Positions 34,085 through 44,663 of a stretch of DNA of 64,000 bases are shown piece after piece; the first letter of the stretch is position 1, and the number at the start of each line of letters is the position of its first letter. A program made the position numbers and the translations under genes. This DNA comes from Oopsacas minuta (lineage: Eukaryota; Animalia; Porifera): contig JAKMXF010000210.1 of the NCBI GenBank assembly GCA_024704765.1, positions 592,121-656,120 of the forward strand, written 5' to 3'. A model generated the notes under the pieces. It was not told the DNA's origin, ran no database searches, and saw only the letters and a program-made list of their open reading frames with translations.

Positions 34085-34228
34085 CTAAGTTTTCTCTAAA
34101 GAATATTTGGTAAAATATGGGTTTAATAATAAGATGATCGTTGTGTGGTATAACTTACTTCGATCCTGGTGATACAGAGCGCTTCCTCTCTTTTTGTTCG
34201 GTGGGAAATCCCAGACGCTGAGGCTTAC

Positions 34229-35294
34229 CAGCTTTCTTGTTTTCTCGCTTCTTCCTATTCTTTGCTTTATCTTTGTTATACTTTGCCAGCTGATAGTTGT
34301 CAAAATCCTGAAACTTAGTCATCATAACCTTCCTTAGAGCTACAGGTAGGCTCTTGAACTTTATCCCTGAGTCACATAGTGTCTGATATAACTCTGCTAC
34401 TTCTATCCAGTCAGAGGGGAGACGGATACAGGTAGTGTAATATCGCTTGAGATAAGGTCTACAGCTGTGGAGCATTGATGCGAATGCGAGTAGGAAATTA
34501 GAAGGGGTTCTGAGATTCAGTTCTTGTCTCGAATAGAGAACTGATTTCAAAACGAATTCTGGATCATAGAAAGCTACACGACTAGCTATGTACATCAGAA
34601 CCAATCGTCCATGGTTCTTGGGATCTTTGTAGTTAGGACCTCCAATTAGTGCTGCAGCCATTCCATGCAAGAGTTGTCTTTTTGCGTTAATGATATCATC
34701 AGAAGCTTTGTGTACTCCTCCTGTTAGTGACATTGATAGTTCTATTGTTGGATCTGGAAATCCAAGGATAGTCTCTTGCTCTATCTGCTCTTGAGCTAGA
34801 GTGTATAGGGGGAGATCCTCGGTAGCACAACCTAGGAAAGGGATGACCCCTCCATCCTCCTCTCCAACCAGTTTACGGGGGACACCAGGATCCTGTTTCT
34901 GTAAGGAGGTAGTGCGAAGTTTGGAGATGCTAGAAAACTCTGTGGGCTTATAAGAAGTAGTAGTTCGTGTTGATAAACTAGACAAGTTTTTGGAGGAGAG
35001 AGATCCGGTCAGAGAAGTAGAAGTAGAAGTAGAAGTAGAAGTACCCTTTGATAGAGAGCTGTATTTCCCTGCTGAGCTGCTGAGGAGAGATGGCCGGGCA
35101 TGGGGCATGAGAGAAGAGCCGGATGCACGAGAAGGCCCTAAATCTGAGGACGTTCGTAGACTACTGGTTAGTTTGAGTGAGCTGTGTGTGTGTAGTGATG
35201 AAGTTCTGGAAGAGGTGAGAGAGGATTTTGATTCTAACTTCTTGGAAGTTAGAGACGAGGAACTGAGACTAGATTTTGTGTTGAAACTCGCCAT
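34229..35294 (-). CDS. TEP1: TEP1 (telomerase/vault-associated protein 1) orthologue, exon 1: S/T-rich N-terminus and start of TROVE domain
   Basis: ATG at 35294. Donor GCTG|GTAAGC. The TROVE-like region starts here (…LVLMYIASRVAFYDPEF…). Confidence 0.75.
35011..35043. repeat. (GAAGTA)5 hexamer repeat inside TEP1 exon 1 (encodes an alternating S/T tract on the minus strand)
   Basis: Direct read of gaagtagaagtagaagtagaagtagaagta. Confidence 0.9.
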
Positions 35295-35598
35295 GAGCTC
35301 AACTTCTTGATTTCTGTATAAACTTTATGAATAATAAATGAAGCTATCCTAAAATTATAACTAAACCTAACATTATAATACACAAGTCCCTCTTATATAA
35401 TGTAACAGTATTGTAACTTGAGTACTTCACAATTATTCTAATTTTAGCCTAGTTCTGTCTGGTATATTGTGATGTAGCATCTTCTTCATTAATTAATAAG
35501 TCACTGAGGCGTTGCTTTGACAAATTTAGTATCTTGTTGATTGTTTGTTTAATCTCCGAAGAGACAATTCTTATATTATTTAATTCAATTATTTTAGA
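35295..35598. promoter_or_regulatory. Putative bidirectional promoter between divergent TEP1 (-) and receptor (+) start codons
   Basis: 304 bp separate the two head-to-head ATGs. AT-rich. This is inferred from geometry only. Confidence 0.3.
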
Positions 35599-38500
35599 AT
35601 GAAGTTAGTTATTTTGATAATTTTATGTCTCATTATTACCACCTCTTTATCAATTGAGATTACTCGTATTAACCCTCTCAGTGGACCCACTAGCGGTGGT
35701 ACAGTAGTCTCCGTATGGGGGACTGGCTTCATTGGAGGTGCAGGAGGAGCTGTTTGTTACTGGCAAGGTGAGGGTGGGAACTTTGGAGCAAGCAGTGACA
35801 TTACTGCAAATATCAATGACTCTTACTTAGAATGTACACTCCCGAGTCTTGAGACGATTGATAGCTTCCAGAGAATATCTGTTGGAAAAGATTATGTGGA
35901 AATAGACTTCTATATTTCTCACAATCAGACTCTGTCTGCCAATAGTTTTAGCTTTATTTTTTTCAATCTGTCTAGACTCTACGTCACAAACTTATCCCCT
36001 CAAGAAGGGCTGTACACACAATCACAAGATGTTACTTTCTCAGTTCACAATCTCTACTACACTGATGAGCTAGTCTGTATCTTGTTACAAGGTATCTATC
36101 CAATTACTGGTGTTACTCTTGGGTCTATTGATGTAGTGACGTGTCAGATTCCATCAGTTTCTTATTCTAGAAGAGAACAGGTGTTCTTGAGTCTGAATGG
36201 AGATGTGTTTGGTATAATACCACCTGCTGTAGATAATAGTCTATACTTTATATTCTATAACGATGCTCCTGAGGTTGTAGTTAGCTACTCAACTTCTCTG
36301 ACTCTTCTCTTTCTCAATTTCGACAGAGAGGTGGAGACAGGAGGACGGGACCAGGTTAACTCTAATCTCCCTCCAGACTGTGCTCTCTTATTCACAGAAC
36401 TCTCATTAAATCAGCTGGGGAGTGATGCTGTATGTAATTGGGACAACTATCATCAGAGGAGATTAGTTATAGAGCTTACACATCTTACTTCTCTGAGAGG
36501 TGTTTCTAGAATATTCTATACTTCTACTCAATCAATACGTACTCGCTATGCAGCATACTCCTATATTTTAGAAGACAGTTCTCCTATACTACAGGACAAT
36601 ACCTTACCCATTCCTGCTCTACACACTTACTCTCATATCCCTACTTGTGGTAGTATGGAATTTAATGCTATTTCCTCTCAGCTGGGAGGATCACAAGATC
36701 TAGTAGCTAGCTGGAGTGTGTCAGCGGATGATCAAGTTGCTGAGCAACTGATATCTGAATTCACTTCTCAATCTGGTTTACAATGGTCTCTCCCGGTCTC
36801 TTTATTTGAATCAGCTGTTACTTATACTGTAAATCTATCCTTGAATAACTTTATAGATAATAGTATAGTCTATTCTATCTTTCTGACCGAATCACCAGCT
36901 GATCTGCCCTCTGTTATAATACACTCTCATATCCCTGGTACGCTGTATACACACAGAGATACTCTGATACTAGTTACTGTGGATATTCCTGTTTGTCTGT
37001 CTATCACTCACTCTCCTCTCTCATTCTCTTGGACTCTCTCTAACCCGGTCACTTCTCCTCTTACTTCTAGCCTACCTGTACTGTTTATTCCTGCTAATAT
37101 GCTCAATATGTCTAATCAAATAACTTATACATTATCTGATGGTAACAAGTCTCTTACTTCTCTATTCTCTATCGATTTAACACTGGGTGATCCTGTAGCA
37201 CTAATCTTAGGGGGAGATATACGGACACACTATCTCGAAGAGGATCTTATCATTGATGGGTCTGGTTCTTTCGACCCCTCCCAACACTCTCTAACCTACA
37301 GCTGGACTTGTGTGGATACTGAAGGCCTAACACCCTGTGAAGATAACAATAATAACCTCTTGATAACACAAGATTCTAACAAGCAATATATGTTTGAACA
37401 AGTTAAGTTAAGAGAATCAGTCATACAATTCTCTCTGGTAGTAGTAACTAGTGACTCCCGTATATCAGCTACTAGTTATCTCACAGTGCACATCAGTTCT
37501 TCTACTCCTGACCTGATTTACTTCAATCCGATATCATACCTCCGTGTCCCTGTTAATCAGCTGACACTGGTAACAGGCTGGGTGAGGTCCTCCTCTCCTC
37601 TAAATACTTTATTAATATCTACAGAGAAGGATGTAGTAGATGATCAGTACTATTATGATTACTCTCCTGATTTGGAGGTAGAATATATTTCATTTATATC
37701 ACTCCCTTCTCTTTACCAGCTCCCCTATGACTCTATCTATCTACCAACCATGAGATTAACTCAATTCTCATTTCTTATACCTCTTATATACTTAGCAACA
37801 AGACAGAAGTTCAGACTGATGGCTAGTTTAAGTTGTGATAGTATTTCTACTGCTATAGCTAAGATGGATATTCTGATTGACTCAGCTCCTCACTTAGGGG
37901 GAATAACACACTCTAGCTATATGAATAATGGAGTTGAGGTGTATTCTATGATAGCTAGCGGGTGGATAGATACTCCAAGTGCTCTCCCTCTCAAATACAG
38001 ATATGGTATCAGACAGGAGAGTGAGGTGCACTGGTTAACTCCCTCTACCACTCTCTCACAACTAGACACCCCTCTATTGTGTAGCATAAGTGGAGAACTA
38101 CCATTGATATTAGAGGTAGAGAATAGTATTGGGAGTGTAGTGCTTTATCCCTACGAGATATTCATATCAACACATGATGACGTAATAGGTGCCCTAGATA
38201 AGGTCAAACAGAAGTTGGTATATGGTTATAACGTTATGAGTGGATTGAGTATAGTAAGCAGTATTATATACTTCTATAAGATAGAGGAACAGCTGATTCC
38301 TACAGATATAGCTGATACCCTCTGGGTGTATATAATGTCTGCTTACTGGTCTATTCTCCCTCAGGAGAGATCATTCACCAGACATGTAATATTCCTAATA
38401 ACTGAGTTTATATTACAAGTTAATATACCATCAGCTACACAGACTGAAGAGATATTTGATGTTCTAGAACATTCTTTAACTTCTGTTATCAGCTGTTCTG

Positions 38501-40956
38501 TTGATATCTCTGATAGAGGTATTACTACTCAGTTGTTCAACAACACATTTGCTGCAATAGCGAAACTTGACACTCCTGATTCCCCTGTATGGCACAGATT
38601 ACCACACCTCCTCTCAGTGTTAGCTGCTTCAACTCGTAACAAAAATTCTGATATCTTGACCCTATCTACTGGACTCATGTCTATAAAAGTATCACATACC
38701 TATCCGCTAGCTAGTTACTATGCAGTATGTAATGCTAGAGAGCAGGACTGTACAGGATCACTACCTCTAATACAGTTCTCTCAAGCTCTGTTTGATTCTT
38801 ATAACAGCTGGGGTTGTTATGATCCAGATTGTATCATAGAATCTAATAGATTTGAATCTGTAGAATGCTCTGGTGTAGTCATAACTACTTCTCAACTGGA
38901 TAAACAATCCTACCTCCTACCTAATGAATATTCTACTCAGGTTCTGTCTAATATCCTGTCAGTTAGTCTATTACATCCTGCTACTTACCAACAGCTAGAT
39001 GTGACAAATGTCAGTATAACCCTTCAGATTGGTATAGTCCCTTCTACCTACTTGTGTGCATTATGGAGTAGTTCTACTCTTGAGTGGGATACTAGCATGT
39101 GTGATACCTTCCCTATAGATAACTCAACTGTCAGTTGTCAATGTAAGACCTCTGGTACTGTAGCAGTAGTTACTACCTGTCCTGCAGGAAGCTATGGTTC
39201 CTTATGTTTTGACATTTGTCCACATGGTTTATGGGGAGACAAATGCACAGAGACTTGTGTTTGCTCTGAGAACTCTAATTGTCTTCCAATAGACGGATTC
39301 TGTGACTGCTTTCCTGGCTACATTGACTCAGGATGTTATACACAGTGCAATGAGTGGATGTATGGAAAATATTGTACAGAGACTTGTGATTGCTACGGAG
39401 TTAATAGCATCAGTTGTAATCACATTAGTGGAGAGTGTGATTGTAAAATAGGGTTCAGAGGTGACGATTGTGCCACTACTTGTTACCCTGGTACATGGGG
39501 GTACATGTGTGCCGAGGAGTGTACCTGTCAAAGCACTGGAGGATGTGATTTTATAGATGGTACATGTATTTGTGAAGCAGGCTACACTGGAATAGATTGT
39601 GGTACTCCTTGCTCTTTATGGAAGTTTGGTTATGACTGTGCTTATAACTGTACTTGTGATATAGATCATACCACCATATGTAGGTCTACGGATGGGGTGT
39701 GTATCTGTAACTCCTCGTATATAGGAGCTAATTGTGGTACATTACTTGTAGTTACAGAGGATCCTATTGATCCTATGATTATTATCGTGGGTATTGTCAT
39801 TATAGTGGTTGTGGTTATAATTGTTGTTATTATCCTTATCTGTGTGGTAGTCTTGATTGTGATCTGTTGCAAGAAGAGGAATAGAAGAGTGGTAGCTATT
39901 TCTCCTGATAAAGTTCCTTTATACTACTACAAACCTGATTGGAGTAGACATTCACAAGAGAGACTTAGTCCTATCTCCAATAAACAGGTTGATTATCAAG
40001 AATTCGTGTCTACTAAGGTGGAGAGTGAGGTGCTAGTTTCCGGTGGGAGGAAGGATAGTGATTCAATGTTAGAAGAGGAGGATTACTGGTATTTTATAGA
40101 GGTTGTAATTGTAGATGACAGAGATTGCTGGAGACCTAACTCACAGAAGGGTACCTCACAAGCCTCTGAGACACCCTTCCAAGTACCTGAGAGACCTGAG
40201 ATCGGTATGCTGTCTCTATCAGGACGGTACTCAAATGAAGGGAAATATGACAATATGTTTGATAAGTTTCCAGAGCCTGTCTTGCTACCGAGAGAAGGCA
40301 ATACCCTAACAGATTTAAGAGAAGCATTCGTGGATTCTGGATTGTGGTTAGGCGGACCTTTTCAGTTCTTGAAAAAGAACATAGCTTACATGTTTATATC
40401 GTTAGCTAACGAGGATGACTGCGAATTGTCTGCTCTGGAAGATAACAAAATATACATACAACGAGTCAAAGATGAGGATGCAGTTATGATGGAGCTTTGT
40501 GTGTGTGGGAGAGTATCGCAGTTTGACTGTCAGTGCGGGATAAGAGGTTACTGTGGAGAAGACTGTCAGACAAAAGACTGGGATGAACATCTTCCTCTGT
40601 GCTTAAAAGCGCAGAATGTTGAGGATGATGCTAACATGTCGCTTAATGTGACAATGGCTAATAGCTTGGATAACTATCTTATAGAAGAGTCATCGCAACC
40701 AGCTGATATAAAATTAGCTCAAAGCTCTCATTTAGAGCAGATAGGAGAGAGTGATCAAGAAGGAGAGGCTATTCCTCTACCCCCTTCTCCTATTCATGTC
40801 CTCCCTAAGGTACATGAGAAACCATCTTTCCCAGATATGGAGGAGGTACCTGTAACTAAATCTGAAGTTGATCTGCTTGATACTAATCCTAAGACAGATG
40901 AGGTTGTGGTTATTGATGTACATGAAGACAAGAGACGACGCTTTGTTACTGACTAG
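35599..40956 (+). CDS. Large single-pass receptor: signal peptide, IPT/TIG, REJ-like module with GPS-like motif, MEGF-type EGF repeats, TM, cytoplasmic MYND zinc finger
   Basis: Single 1785-aa exon. Signal peptide (MKLVILIILCLIITTSLS). IPT/TIG (NPLSGPTSGGTVVSVWGTGF). REJ-like motif (LIIDGSGSFDPSQHSLTYSWTC). GPS-like motif (CALWSSSTLEWDTSMC…TVSCQCKTSGTVAVV). Five to six MEGF/laminin-type EGF units (…CPAGSYGSLCFDICPHGLWGDKCTETCVC…). One TM (IIIVGIVIIVVVVIIVVIILICVVVLIVICC). MYND-like finger (CVCGRVSQFDCQCGIRGYCGEDCQTKDWDEHLPLC). Confidence 0.8.
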   Translation: MKLVILIILCLIITTSLSIEITRINPLSGPTSGGTVVSVWGTGFIGGAGGAVCYWQGEGGNFGASSDITANINDSYLECTLPSLETIDSFQRISVGKDYVEIDFYISHNQTLSANSFSFIFFNLSRLYVTNLSPQEGLYTQSQDVTFSVHNLYYTDELVCILLQGIYPITGVTLGSIDVVTCQIPSVSYSRREQVFLSLNGDVFGIIPPAVDNSLYFIFYNDAPEVVVSYSTSLTLLFLNFDREVETGGRDQVNSNLPPDCALLFTELSLNQLGSDAVCNWDNYHQRRLVIELTHLTSLRGVSRIFYTSTQSIRTRYAAYSYILEDSSPILQDNTLPIPALHTYSHIPTCGSMEFNAISSQLGGSQDLVASWSVSADDQVAEQLISEFTSQSGLQWSLPVSLFESAVTYTVNLSLNNFIDNSIVYSIFLTESPADLPSVIIHSHIPGTLYTHRDTLILVTVDIPVCLSITHSPLSFSWTLSNPVTSPLTSSLPVLFIPANMLNMSNQITYTLSDGNKSLTSLFSIDLTLGDPVALILGGDIRTHYLEEDLIIDGSGSFDPSQHSLTYSWTCVDTEGLTPCEDNNNNLLITQDSNKQYMFEQVKLRESVIQFSLVVVTSDSRISATSYLTVHISSSTPDLIYFNPISYLRVPVNQLTLVTGWVRSSSPLNTLLISTEKDVVDDQYYYDYSPDLEVEYISFISLPSLYQLPYDSIYLPTMRLTQFSFLIPLIYLATRQKFRLMASLSCDSISTAIAKMDILIDSAPHLGGITHSSYMNNGVEVYSMIASGWIDTPSALPLKYRYGIRQESEVHWLTPSTTLSQLDTPLLCSISGELPLILEVENSIGSVVLYPYEIFISTHDDVIGALDKVKQKLVYGYNVMSGLSIVSSIIYFYKIEEQLIPTDIADTLWVYIMSAYWSILPQERSFTRHVIFLITEFILQVNIPSATQTEEIFDVLEHSLTSVISCSVDISDRGITTQLFNNTFAAIAKLDTPDSPVWHRLPHLLSVLAASTRNKNSDILTLSTGLMSIKVSHTYPLASYYAVCNAREQDCTGSLPLIQFSQALFDSYNSWGCYDPDCIIESNRFESVECSGVVITTSQLDKQSYLLPNEYSTQVLSNILSVSLLHPATYQQLDVTNVSITLQIGIVPSTYLCALWSSSTLEWDTSMCDTFPIDNSTVSCQCKTSGTVAVVTTCPAGSYGSLCFDICPHGLWGDKCTETCVCSENSNCLPIDGFCDCFPGYIDSGCYTQCNEWMYGKYCTETCDCYGVNSISCNHISGECDCKIGFRGDDCATTCYPGTWGYMCAEECTCQSTGGCDFIDGTCICEAGYTGIDCGTPCSLWKFGYDCAYNCTCDIDHTTICRSTDGVCICNSSYIGANCGTLLVVTEDPIDPMIIIVGIVIIVVVVIIVVIILICVVVLIVICCKKRNRRVVAISPDKVPLYYYKPDWSRHSQERLSPISNKQVDYQEFVSTKVESEVLVSGGRKDSDSMLEEEDYWYFIEVVIVDDRDCWRPNSQKGTSQASETPFQVPERPEIGMLSLSGRYSNEGKYDNMFDKFPEPVLLPREGNTLTDLREAFVDSGLWLGGPFQFLKKNIAYMFISLANEDDCELSALEDNKIYIQRVKDEDAVMMELCVCGRVSQFDCQCGIRGYCGEDCQTKDWDEHLPLCLKAQNVEDDANMSLNVTMANSLDNYLIEESSQPADIKLAQSSHLEQIGESDQEGEAIPLPPSPIHVLPKVHEKPSFPDMEEVPVTKSEVDLLDTNPKTDEVVVIDVHEDKRRRFVTD

Positions 40957-41091
40957 AGAGAATCAAAAGTAACAACTAATTATACTTTTATTTGATAATT
41001 TTATCTTCTTTTTATTATTTTGTAAGGTTGTATTGGATTTATAATTAACTACGGGGGAATTAGCTAGTGATACAAACTTATAATATTAGAT

Positions 41092-42177
41092 ATGAGTTCT
41101 GAGAAGGGATCATGGTTAGAATCTAAAGAAGGTCCAAAACGTAGTTTACAGGCCGAGAAGGCGTGGTCATCTGTCGCATTCCAACAGCACCTCGATAAGC
41201 AATACAAAATTAATCTGTCTGTATCTAAAATTAATAATAAACAGGCTAGAACTAAGATCACACGCTATAACAATAGTACCAATAGAACTACATCCCGATC
41301 ACTAGTGAATGCTAAATCAGCTGTAAATAATGATAATACTCCTGATTCGGAGGAGGAGTACTCCTTATCAGATCTACATGCCCAGGAACTGTCATTAGCA
41401 CAAAAACTGGGACTAGTAGAGCGTCCTCCCTCTCTCCTTACAGAGGAGCAGTGGGCGGAAATAAAAGGAGTTTCCAACGCTAGACTAGACTCTGCTAACC
41501 CCTGTCCTATTTGTAAGGATCAATTCAATCTCCATGCTCAGTTGTTACTCTCATGCTCTCACATATTCCATAAGAGCTGCATAGAGAGTTATGAGAGGTT
41601 TGTACAGCAAAAAATCTGTCCTGTTTGTAGATGTACTGAGTATCAGGCTAGAGTAGTATTTGAGGGCGCTAAGTACACTAGAGATAGAGCTGCTGTACTG
41701 ATACAGTCCTGCTGGAGAGGTTACAGAGCTAAATTAGAGTATAGGAAACTACAGGATCTAAATCCTCCAAAACACCCCTCACTTAGGAAGAAATTCTTTA
41801 CACACAAACTAGCTACACTTACTGACCAGTATATGCAACAATGTGTCAAACGTGAACACGAAATAGACAGTTTTATTGAAGAGCTAGACGGCACCCTAAA
41901 CTATAGCAGGAAGACTTTAGCTAGCTTTGACCAGTACCTGAATAATTTAGAACCTAGTCAGTGGGTAGTAATCAGAGATAAGGCAATGAGTAGAGGGGAG
42001 CAGGAGTGTCCTATTTGTCTCACACCGCTCTTCCATTCTAAGGAAGTTGTTCTCTTGTCATGTTCTCACTTATTTCACACTCCCTGTCTAGATTCATTCG
42101 AACAGTTTGCAATCTTCACGCCGTTTGCATGCCCTGTCTGCAGAAGCACTTACCAGAAGATACAAGTCACTGAATAA
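41092..42177 (+). CDS. RNF32: RING finger protein 32-like (two RING-H2 fingers flanking an IQ motif)
   Basis: RING-H2 no. 1 (CPICKDQF…CSHIFHKSC…CPVCR). IQ motif (AAVLIQSCWRGYRAKLEYRK). RING-H2 no. 2 (CPICLTPL…CSHLFHTPC…CPVCR). 361 aa. Confidence 0.8.
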   Translation: MSSEKGSWLESKEGPKRSLQAEKAWSSVAFQQHLDKQYKINLSVSKINNKQARTKITRYNNSTNRTTSRSLVNAKSAVNNDNTPDSEEEYSLSDLHAQELSLAQKLGLVERPPSLLTEEQWAEIKGVSNARLDSANPCPICKDQFNLHAQLLLSCSHIFHKSCIESYERFVQQKICPVCRCTEYQARVVFEGAKYTRDRAAVLIQSCWRGYRAKLEYRKLQDLNPPKHPSLRKKFFTHKLATLTDQYMQQCVKREHEIDSFIEELDGTLNYSRKTLASFDQYLNNLEPSQWVVIRDKAMSRGEQECPICLTPLFHSKEVVLLSCSHLFHTPCLDSFEQFAIFTPFACPVCRSTYQKIQVTE

Positions 42178-42292
42178 TGTTGTGTAGCATCAATATCCTA
42201 CCTATCACATTCTTATTAGGCACTTGTATAAATTCTATACTTCTATTATATTACAAACTGATTTATCAACTTTACATATTCAGAATTCAATT

Positions 42293-42658
42293 ATGTTAAC
42301 AACTAGATTAGCTATTTCCCTTCAGAGAACTAAAGGTTTTCAAAAGCTTCCTAAACACTTGCGATCATATCTCCTCACTCCTGCAGGTCCTCTGACCATA
42401 TTTTTCTGGGCTCCTGCTTTCAAATGGGCACTAGTAATCGCTGGGATTGCTGACCTGGCTAGACCAGTAGAAAAGATAAGTTCTACTCAATCGACAGCTC
42501 TAGCTGCTACAGGGTTTATCTGGTCTAGATACTCATTCGTCATTATTCCTAAGAATTGGCTGCTATTTACAGTCAATATATTTGTTGGTATAACTGGGCT
42601 TACCCAGCTATCTCGTGTCTATGTCTACAGACAATCACTCAAACACAAAGATTCTTAG
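42293..42658 (+). CDS. MPC2: Mitochondrial pyruvate carrier subunit 2-like
   Basis: …GPLTIFFWAPAFKWALVIAGIADLARPVEKISSTQSTALAATGFIWSRYSFVIIPKNWLLFTVN… is a close match to MPC2. I chose the first ATG in frame (42293); the track ORF begins at an upstream TTG (42224). Confidence 0.8.
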   Translation: MLTTRLAISLQRTKGFQKLPKHLRSYLLTPAGPLTIFFWAPAFKWALVIAGIADLARPVEKISSTQSTALAATGFIWSRYSFVIIPKNWLLFTVNIFVGITGLTQLSRVYVYRQSLKHKDS

Positions 42659-42902
42659 AACAGATCTTATATAAAATACGAAAGTAAAGTGCGGGTATAT
42701 ATCACAGTTTTTGCATGCGCATATTATATAATTTATTGATGTAATCATTCATTCGCCAATATGTTTGTTTCCTCACGTTGTAGAATCTGTAGAAATATTA
42801 TTAAACTAGTCCATATGTAGAATCTTTCCAACTACTACTATGTGATAAAACACTTTATTTCATCCACTATTAGCAGCAGTTAAGACTCATCAGCTGATAG
42901 AT

Positions 42903-43148
42903 ATGTCTACTTGGCTGAGACTGCTAAACAGCTGGAAGTTACAAACTCGCTTCACACTCCTAAATCATATCAATTGTATAAGGTATTCTAGTAGAATATC
43001 AGATGAGTTATTAGATAAGGCTAGATCTATTGTAGGAGATAATAACTTTACTATTTCAGAAGCTGCTAGACTACTGCATGGTAGAGATGAGAGTTATCAC
43101 GTCCCCCTACCCCCTGACCTCATCCTTTTCCCTACTTCAACAAAACAG
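42903..43148 (+). CDS. LDHD: D-lactate dehydrogenase (FAD-linked, mitochondrial, LDHD-like), exon 1
   Basis: ATG at 42903. Presequence-like N-terminus. Donor CAG|gttttc. Confidence 0.8.
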
Positions 43149-43215
43149 GTTTTCATATATAGCTATACTTATTTTATGAGCTAGTTTGTGTTATACAATC
43201 TTAGTCATATTTTAG

Positions 43216-43654
43216 GTGTCAGAAATCGCGAAACTTTGCACTATACACAAGATCCCTATGATTCCGTTTGGTACAGGCACTGGACTGGAGGGGGGTGTGG
43301 GTGCTACCAGAGGAGGCGTGACGTTAAATATGACACGCATGGATCAAATATTAGAAGTTAGTACTGATGATCTATTCGCTACTGTGAGACCAGGAGTTAC
43401 TCGTAGTCGTCTTAACAACCACATACGGGATACTGGAATGTGGTTTCCTATTGATCCTGGAGCTGATGCTAGTCTATGTGGTATGGTGGTGACTAGCGCA
43501 TCAGGGACTAATGCAGTGCGATACGGGACTATGAAGGAGAATGTTATTAATATGGAAGTAGTGCTGGCTAACGGTGACGTCATAAATACTTCAGGGACAG
43601 ACTGTAGAGCTAAGAAGTCATCAGCTGGGTATAATCTCACTGGTCTATTTGTTG
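43216..43654 (+). CDS. LDHD: LDHD-like, exon 2 (FAD-binding PCMH domain)
   Basis: 67-nt intron upstream. [27 protein letters not shown] matches the LDHD FAD-binding motif. Donor G|gttagt (phase 1). Confidence 0.85.
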
Positions 43655-43711
43655 GTTAGTTAGACATAATAGATATATAAATAATATGTATACTATAATT
43701 ATGTGCTATAG

Positions 43712-43915
43712 GTTGTGAAGGTACGCTAGGAATTATGACAGCTGCTACATTAAGACTATATGGTATACCAGAGTCTGTGTCTAGTGCAGTATGCTCCTTC
43801 CCTTCAGTATATGATGCAATCAGTACTGCTACCATGGTAATACAAGCTGGTATACCTGTAGCTAGGTTAGAGTTCTTAGATGATGTCATGATGTCTGCGT
43901 GTAACAAATATTCAG
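43712..43915 (+). CDS. LDHD: LDHD-like, exon 3
   Basis: 57-nt intron upstream. The junction restores …LFVG|CEGTLGIMTAATLRLYGIPE. Donor G|gtttgt. Confidence 0.85.
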
Positions 43916-43982
43916 GTTTGTATAAATCATTATATTCCTGTGTAGCAGGCTATATTGAAATATTGTTATAGCTTATAAATAG

Positions 43983-44569
43983 GATTGTCTTATGATGAAA
44001 CAGCCTCTCTATTCCTTGAGTTCCATGGTTCTAGCAATTCTGTGGAAGAACAGGCAGAATTAGCCAAAGAAATTGCGAAAGATAACAACTCTGGAGAGTT
44101 CCAATGGACTACAGACCCAGAAGAGAGGAGCAGACTGTGGAAAGCTAGACACGATGCTCTATACGCATCAAAAGCCCTTCTACCTGGTTGTGAGGTATAT
44201 ATTACAGATGTATGTGTACCTATGTCTAATCTACCAGATGTTATAGTTAAGAGCAAACAGGCTATAAGTGAGTCAGGTTGTATAGCGCCTATTGTGGGAC
44301 ATGTAGGGGATGGTAATTTCCATTGCTGCTTCCTGCTGAAGCCTGGAGATAATGAGGAGCTTAAAAAGGTGAGAGAAATCGCGATGTGGATGGGTAGGCT
44401 AGCGATTAGTGCAAGAGGTACATGTACAGGGGAGCATGGGGTGGGTAGAGGTAAGATCCAGTTGGTACAGGAACAATACGGAGAGGATGGGATCAGTTTA
44501 ATGAGGAACATTAAGTTTGCTCTTGATCCTGATAATATTATGAACCCTGGTAAAGTTATTACTTTATAA
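43983..44569 (+). CDS. LDHD: LDHD-like, exon 4 (C-terminal FAD-oxidase domain, stop TAA)
   Basis: 67-nt intron upstream. …LFLEFHGS…HVGDGNFHC…GTCTGEHGVGRGK…. The joined CDS is 1476 nt (491 aa). Confidence 0.85.
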
Positions 44570-44627
44570 TATAATACGTATGCTGTTTCTTAGTTATATT
44601 ATATGCTAGCTATATTTAATTATTATT

Positions 44628-44647
44628 ATTATTATTGCATTATGCAT
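44628..44647. repeat. (ATT)6 microsatellite
   Basis: Direct read of ttattattattattattatt in the 95-bp spacer between LDHD and the next gene. Confidence 0.9.
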
Positions 44648-44663
44648 TAGCTAGTTATAGTTA

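Noticed and set aside
34990-35310. Plus-strand ORF encoding EVEVEVEVEV
   Set aside because: It is the antisense of the (GAAGTA)n S/T-coding repeat in TEP1 exon 1.
39666-39872. Minus-strand ORF rich in I/T (IITTIITTTT)
   Set aside because: It is the antisense of the receptor transmembrane segment (Ile/Val codons) and has low complexity.
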